Assembly: GCA_021613535.1 (NCBI GenBank)
Contig: CP075497.1
Span: forward strand, 8,093,488-8,157,487
Direction of reading: 5' to 3'
From: Adineta vaga
Taxonomy: Eukaryota; Animalia; Rotifera
DNA: 64,000 nt
In this document: piece after piece, positions 58,901 to 64,000 of the stretch
Position numbering within the stretch: position 1 is the first letter of the stretch
Layout: each line of letters begins with the position of its first letter
The notes under the pieces: generated by a model
The model's database searches: none
What the model was told of the DNA's origin: nothing
What the model saw: the letters and a program-made list of their open reading frames with translations, nothing else
Program-made: the position numbers and the translations under genes

Positions 58901-59127
58901 TATCATATTAGATGAAAGACGTATGAGACGATATATACTCTAGTTGAAGATGACACAGACGTCGCACTTTGAATCGATGGAAAATCTACTTCATAGGGAA
59001 AAGATTGGGTCGTTGTAGGCAACTGAACATTCGTTGCGGTTGCTTGGTTCTGTGTTTGTTTAGATGATCGTCTCATACGATATGATTTGGTATATGCTTG
59101 GTTACCGCTTGGATTTGAGGCACTCAT
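49977..59127 (-). CDS. Giant NOV-like (NO VEIN-like / sacsin-like) protein of more than 2,500 aa. It has a GHKL/HATPase_c-type ATPase motif plus a C-terminal DUF3883-like (restriction-endonuclease-like) domain, in about 13 exons with unusually long exons. An alternative upstream ATG lies at 59205.
   Basis: GHKL Bergerat-fold signature GHFVLELIQNADDNQY at about 55368..55391, within ORF 54696..55646 (cf. sacsin/NOV ...ELIQNADDA). The C-terminal exon 49977..50612 reads TGRQGEEFVFNYLKWKYPKESIEWLNETTESGAPYDIRIIIRSDNDRIEYIEVKTTRTSDQNTFLVSISEVEYLLQ and fits the DUF3883 pattern G..GE..v..yL.........W.N......PYDi......yIEVKtT......f.iS.nEw. Consecutive long minus-strand ORFs are joined by gtaag...ag introns: 58903..59205, 58546..58728, 57868..58467, 57248..57910, 56570..56908, 55679..56566, 54696..55646, 54015..54635, 53533..53901, 53010..53543, 50614..52347 and 49977..50612. 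Examples are 50600-50670 (ggtaagttatat...ttaatag) and 55647-55740 (gtaaaagaag...tcatag). Confidence 0.7.
55368..55391 (-). other. GHKL ATPase N-box-like motif (ELIQNADD) inside the NOV-like gene.
   Basis: Translation VLELIQNADDN. The coordinate is computed from the ORF start at 55646 (aa 86-93). Confidence 0.55.
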
Positions 59128-59953
59128 AATGAGTAAAACTGATGATAGACGATGGTTATATTGTATAAAAAAAAGTAAAAAAACCCACAATAAACGTTTT
59201 TTCAATTATCTCTATGACTCATCGTTATAGAAAAAAGGTTTTTGACGATGTCTAGCGTTCTTTTGCCTTGTCAAACCACAAAATAAGGCAACATTGCAAT
59301 GCACCCTTTTTATAACGACCAATAACAAATTTGTCTGGTTTGTGCGACACCCTCGTTTGTTTCGGTTCAAATAACTTTATGCTTTTTTTTAAATATAGGG
59401 TGAGTAGAGTACATATAGTAAAAAAGGGTTTTCAGATCAATTATCAACTAGAAGTTCATAACAGTGTATATGAAAATCAATTGAGGTCAATAGGACACAA
59501 TATTCACTTGATTAGAAACATCGTATCAAACAGACTTTGAAAAAGAAATTAAAGTTCTGATAAAAATACAATATCTCTATTCAAATGGTCATTTTTGATT
59601 TTATGCATCGGTTGAAGCCAGTGTGACAGACTGGAATTAATCATAATTATATGACGTCTAGTATATATTCTTTGTTTTCTGGTGATTTTATATAAGAATT
59701 GTACATTCATTATTTAAGTAAATCTCTTTCTGCTTTATTTCATTTCCTCTATAAAAGTCTGTTTAATATAAATCACGTACATTGTTCGTCAGTAACAGTG
59801 TACGTCGTTACTTCAACTAGATTATCTGCTTAAAAGAAGCAAAATACTTTTGTATACAACTTGGAACAGAATCTTTTATTATCGGTAATTTATTAGAAAG
59901 CACCGTTATTACGATACACAATTTTGGTGTTTGTTCAATCTAAATAATAAATA

Positions 59954-62753
59954 TTATCTATGTACATGACCATGACATCGACAAGATGAACTTGGTAGAA
60001 AAAGTGTTTCGTTATTACAATAACGTAGAACATTATTATCTGCAGTGATTGATGCTTGTTCTTGTTGATTAGAAAGAAGACATTGTTGTAAATGTTGTAA
60101 TTCGGATGGACATGAATGTGATGTACAATCACGACTATTATGTGTCGTTTCCGTTGGATAGAGAAAACGATTAGCCCACAGAAGAATTGCAGCACATTGA
60201 TGTTGTTGAGATGTTGGCGTTGAATAACCTGTTGTAGTTGTAACATTGGTAGCATATTGATATTCATGTGAATTCGTTGTTGGTATAGGTAATAAACGAC
60301 CTGTTGGATGACAACAGAAATGATGTCGAAGAGTTGGTGGATGTGGTGGTATAGCTGGTGCATTGGATATATTGAACTTTTTCTCATTGTAAAGAAAAGG
60401 TTGATCACTATCGGAGGATAGTGATGGTAATTGCTCATAGAGACTATCATTGATACCTATATTTCCATGATTTTCAGTTGTTTTAATAGATGGTTGATGT
60501 AATCCTGTTGGATGATGATGATAATAATAATATTGATGAGAACGTTGACGATGAAGTTCAGCAGTTAAATGACGACGAAGACGACGGCGACAAATAGATA
60601 ATGTGATCAATAAAATTAGAAAGAGTAGAACAAATAGAAGAAGAAAGAAAACAATAATAATTAGTGTTTGATTATGTTCCATGAATGGTATATGTCGAGT
60701 AATAGTCGAATATGTCGATGGAATAAATGTTGTATGTCCTTGTCGATAGATAGGTGAGACTGTAAGAGATTTAGTATGAGAATATCGTGTTGAACGATGA
60801 GTAGTCGAAGACATAAATACAGTGAGAAGTTTACTAGTTGATGTAATTACTAGAAAAATTCATGAATTGTTAATCAAGAAGAAAAACACATAATGAACTT
60901 TTGAACAAACCTGTTGATTGTTTTTGAATTCGTGTAAGACGAACAATATCTTCATCATTATTAGACATAATCATCCATCCATTACTAATTTGTTGTTCTT
61001 TATTGATTTGATCTTTTGAAAGAATAATATATTGTAAATGTTTTAAACATTGAAATAATTCATCAATAAATGGAAGTATTGTTATCAAATCTTGATTATA
61101 ACTAAGATTTAGTTCACGTAAATTACTAGCTGAACAAAATGTTTCATTCGTTAATTGTCGTAAATGATTTTTGGCTAAACTAAGTTTAATCAAGGAAGTT
61201 TTACCAATGAATACATAAGGTTTGATTTGTTCAATGTTATTTCCTTCATAATCGAGTTCAGTGGTTGTTTGAGGTAAAAGTATATGTATATCGGAAAGAT
61301 TTGTTCGTGGACATTTAACTAAATGACGTGACCATTGAGCATCATGTGAACATGAACAATCCGAAGGACAAACAAAATGGCAATCGCATGCTTCAAAATC
61401 ACAACATGAACAATCGGATGCACAATGACGCGAATATGAACAAAGTAAATCGTTACGAGATATATTCATAATCGATTGCGAATGGCATTGAAGTAAATGT
61501 AAATCATTAATAAATATCGATGATGGCGATGAATCAAGTATTGCACCAAGCCAACAATCACATTTTAATGGATTATTCGATAAGAAAAGTTGAAGAGTAT
61601 GATTATTGCTTACCTAGAACGATTTTTTATTTTATTAATTAAATTAAGAAAATTTCTTTCTCTCATGCATTCGTTTATATATCATGGCTAACTCACAGTG
61701 ATTACTGTCTAGAAAGAAACTCTATGTATACCCTGAGGACATCTGAACTTCCTGAATGCAAATGTATTTAATATATTTTCATATAGAATTACATCATTTG
61801 ATAGTACTTAGATAGAAAGAAATCAGCATGTTCGAATTCCTAACTTTGATATGAAGAAGTCAAGTAAAAATAAGATGACTTACTTGATTATTATTATTAT
61901 GATCATCAGTATATATTGATGTTTGATTGAGTGTTGACGTGATTATGAATTTATTTTGAAGAAATTCAAGTGATTGTATTTGATTATATCTTAGATCAAG
62001 TGTATGTAATTGTTGATGTAACCATCGATTTTCGATAGACGTCAAACGATTGTTTGATACATTCAAATATTGAAGTTGAATATTTTCATCAATAATTAAA
62101 GGTAAAGTTTCCAGTTGATTGTTTGCTAATGATAAATGAGTTAATTTTGTCAATGAAATCAATAACGGTAAGATTGACGATTGTAATATGTCACAATCGG
62201 TTAAATCCAGATAAGTTAAATGAGGCGGTAAAGATGACAGTTGAATTTTCTTATTATGTTGAAGACTAAGACCGATAAGATTTTGTTGAACACGATAATT
62301 ACCGAAATTAATATCAATTAAATTCGGATTATTATCAAGATAAATATATTTCAAATTTGATGGTAATGGAAATGATAGGAGAAATGTTGATAATGAATTT
62401 GAACTTAAATCAAGTTTTTCTACTGATGATGGTAATGAAAAAGGTAATTGACCAAGTGTTGACAATTGACATGAATTTAGTCGAAATGTTTGCATTGTAT
62501 AGTTTGATGATAATGATGGTGGCGGTAAACTTGTAATTGTCAATGTATGTGCAATACAAACTTGCTTTTCTTGTTGATGATGATTTTGATATTCAACTGT
62601 AATTGTACACTGTTCATAAGTTTGATCATTTAGAAAAGGAAGATATTTGCTATTGTTTGTATCAAGAGAAGTTTTATACATTGTACAAGTCCATTCGAAT
62701 GATACACTATGATCAATCAAAAGTAAGATGAATAGAATAAGTTTGACTCTCAT
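59954..62753 (-). CDS. Toll-architecture LRR transmembrane receptor with no recognisable TIR domain. The ectodomain is signal peptide, LRRs, then a membrane-proximal Toll-type LRRNT. At least 3 exons (61860..62753, about 60870..61600, 59954..60814).
   Basis: Exon 1 has a signal peptide MRVKLILFILLLIDHSVS followed by LRRs (LDLSSNSLSTF, LKYIYLDNNPNL, LTHLSLANNQLETLP, LQYLNVSNNRLTSI, LHTLDLRYNQIQSL). Exon 2 has the Cys cluster CASDCSCCDFEACDCHFVCPSDCSCSHDAQWSRHLVKCPRTNLSDI (cf. Drosophila Toll pre-TM LRRNT CPMGCHCFHDQSWTSNVVDCSRASL) and more LRRs (LIKLSLAKNHLRQL, LRELNLSYNQ). Exon 3 has the TM helix LIIIVFFLLLFVLLFLILLITLSI, stop-transfer CRRRLRR, and a 230-aa His/Tyr/Pro/Thr-rich tail ending CRCHGHVHR*. 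The tail has no TIR box motifs. Confidence 0.65.
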
Positions 62754-63317
62754 TTTCTGATTATTATTGTTATTATGATCTAAAAAAGAGAATAGTAATC
62801 AATTTTCTATGAGACGGAAGTTATGCTTACATATCATTCATATAAAGAATGAAATGAGAAGGAAAAAAAGGTTGGCAATACTTATTAAAAGTCTTTATAT
62901 GTATTTGAACAATGCAATTGCTCTCTACTCGTTTCTAACAGAGTAATTACACGCACTGCATGCTTGCACGTCGTCCTCATGCATACATATATGTATATAC
63001 ATACATACAATAGCAAGATAGATTAATTCAAATAGCCTTACGCAATAGCAGGAACGATGATGGTAGTGATAATAATAGTGATGAAAACATTTTTATTAAT
63101 ATGGCCTGAGTAGTGCTGTTGTTGTTTGTAGTAATGCTACGTCGTCAATTAGAAGTGCCGGAAGAAAGCACCTTGTCGATGGTGTTTGATTGCATCATAC
63201 ATCAAACATATAAACGTATATATTATAAAAAAAGCCGATAATACTAATCGATGGTAAAAGAGAAAGAGAGTAAGCCACGAAGAAAGCTCCAAATGACCTT
63301 GATTAACATCGTTTTGT

Positions 63318-63372
63318 TCGCTTCGTTTCTCTCTCTCTCTATTCTCTTCTCTTCTCTTCTCTTATCTCTGCA
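63318..63372. repeat. CT-rich microsatellite upstream (5' flank) of the LRR receptor gene.
   Basis: tctctctctctctattctcttctcttctcttctcttatctctg. Confidence 0.75.
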
Positions 63373-64000
63373 ATCCAACCAACATTGACGATGTATGTCG
63401 GTTGTTCAAAGATTTATCGTATCCTATCTATATCCATCAATTCTAATACTAATAATAGTTAGTGAATCTAATTTAGAAAGATCTGAAATTTTCTTTTTTT
63501 CTGTTATTCTAATATAATATAAATGATGCTTATGATTGTATTTGTATGTAAACGAATGGCATTTTATGAGGAAACCTATGATTAAAGAAGCAAACTTGAT
63601 GTCTGTGAATGCATATGTCTATGCGTACATATATTTATACATATATATATGTCGATGATCAACATATAGCCATCAAAACCTAATCATCACATCGAGCAGA
63701 GGGCAAACACAACAATACACGTTATAGAGTAAATGAGTAAATGGGGAAATGAAGTGCAAAGACAATGATTCCCTATTGAATAGCACTTTTTATCTGAAAG
63801 AAGAGAAAATTGAAAGAAAACGTGTGTATTATTTGTATGTGTCTTCATGGCTCAATTTCAGATGAGAGCGTGAACCGTAACGGCAATTGTCTTGATGATT
63901 AATCTCAAGAGAGCTGTTCATTTGTTTGAAGTCGTATCATTATTAGATTGTGCTTTTTGACATATACTATACTCTTCTTTTTTTCTCTCTCTATTCGAAT

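Noticed and set aside
49977-59205. I considered whether the GHKL plus DUF3883 locus could be a prokaryotic-style defence island, since DUF3883 and GHKL modules occur in bacterial defence systems.
   Set aside because: The gene is interrupted by canonical GT...AG introns. It sits between intron-containing metazoan genes, and no flanking prokaryotic-type genes, operon structure or RBS signals exist. It is a eukaryotic nuclear gene.
59954-60814. Possibility that the LRR receptor tail hides a divergent TIR domain.
   Set aside because: The tail is compositionally biased (H/Y/P/T/Q) and lacks the alternating beta-alpha pattern and box motifs of TIR. It is kept as a finding to be tested, not claimed as TIR.

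Overview
This window is eukaryotic, not prokaryotic. It is AT-rich (about 30% GC) and extremely gene-dense. Protein-coding genes on both strands are interrupted by many very short spliceosomal introns (about 36-70 bp, GT...AG). Intergenic spacers are often only 170-1000 bp, and several gene pairs sit head-to-head. This is typical of a compact invertebrate metazoan genome (flatworm-, rotifer- or mesozoan-like). I cannot assign the species from sequence alone.

I see no rRNA, tRNA, CRISPR array, operon or transposon signatures. The six-frame ORF track fragments most genes, because exons are joined by tiny introns. I therefore rebuilt gene models by eye, from conserved protein motifs and from splice-phase bookkeeping at the junctions I checked.

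About 26 genes are recognisable:
- Minus strand, near the 5' end: a partial BTB/T1 (K+ channel tetramerisation) exon.
- Plus strand: a FUT8-like GT23 alpha-1,6-fucosyltransferase, a small basic R/K/S-rich protein, a small 3-exon orphan, an orphan multi-pass membrane protein with a C-terminal CxxC...CxxC ribbon, SLC35B1, sulfide:quinone oxidoreductase, glycogen phosphorylase, RCC1, LRRC51, and a UBC-fold E2 that looks truncated.
- Minus strand: a GRIP-domain golgin (GCC1-like), nurim, cyclin Q/FAM58A-like, THOC1, AP-3 delta, a Piwi-clade Argonaute, ILRUN, two tandem serine-palmitoyltransferase small-subunit (SPTSS) paralogs, an orphan coiled-coil protein, a PKA-like AGC kinase, a CCDC66-like coiled-coil protein, a giant NOV-like protein, and a Toll-architecture LRR transmembrane receptor with no TIR domain.

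The most unusual items are these:
- the NOV-like gene (about 9 kb, GHKL ATPase motif plus DUF3883-like tail, with much longer exons than its neighbours);
- the TIR-less Toll-like receptor;
- the tandem SPTSS duplication;
- a 1-bp homopolymer frameshift in the fucosyltransferase;
- the truncated E2.

All homology calls come from motif recognition by eye, not from database searches.
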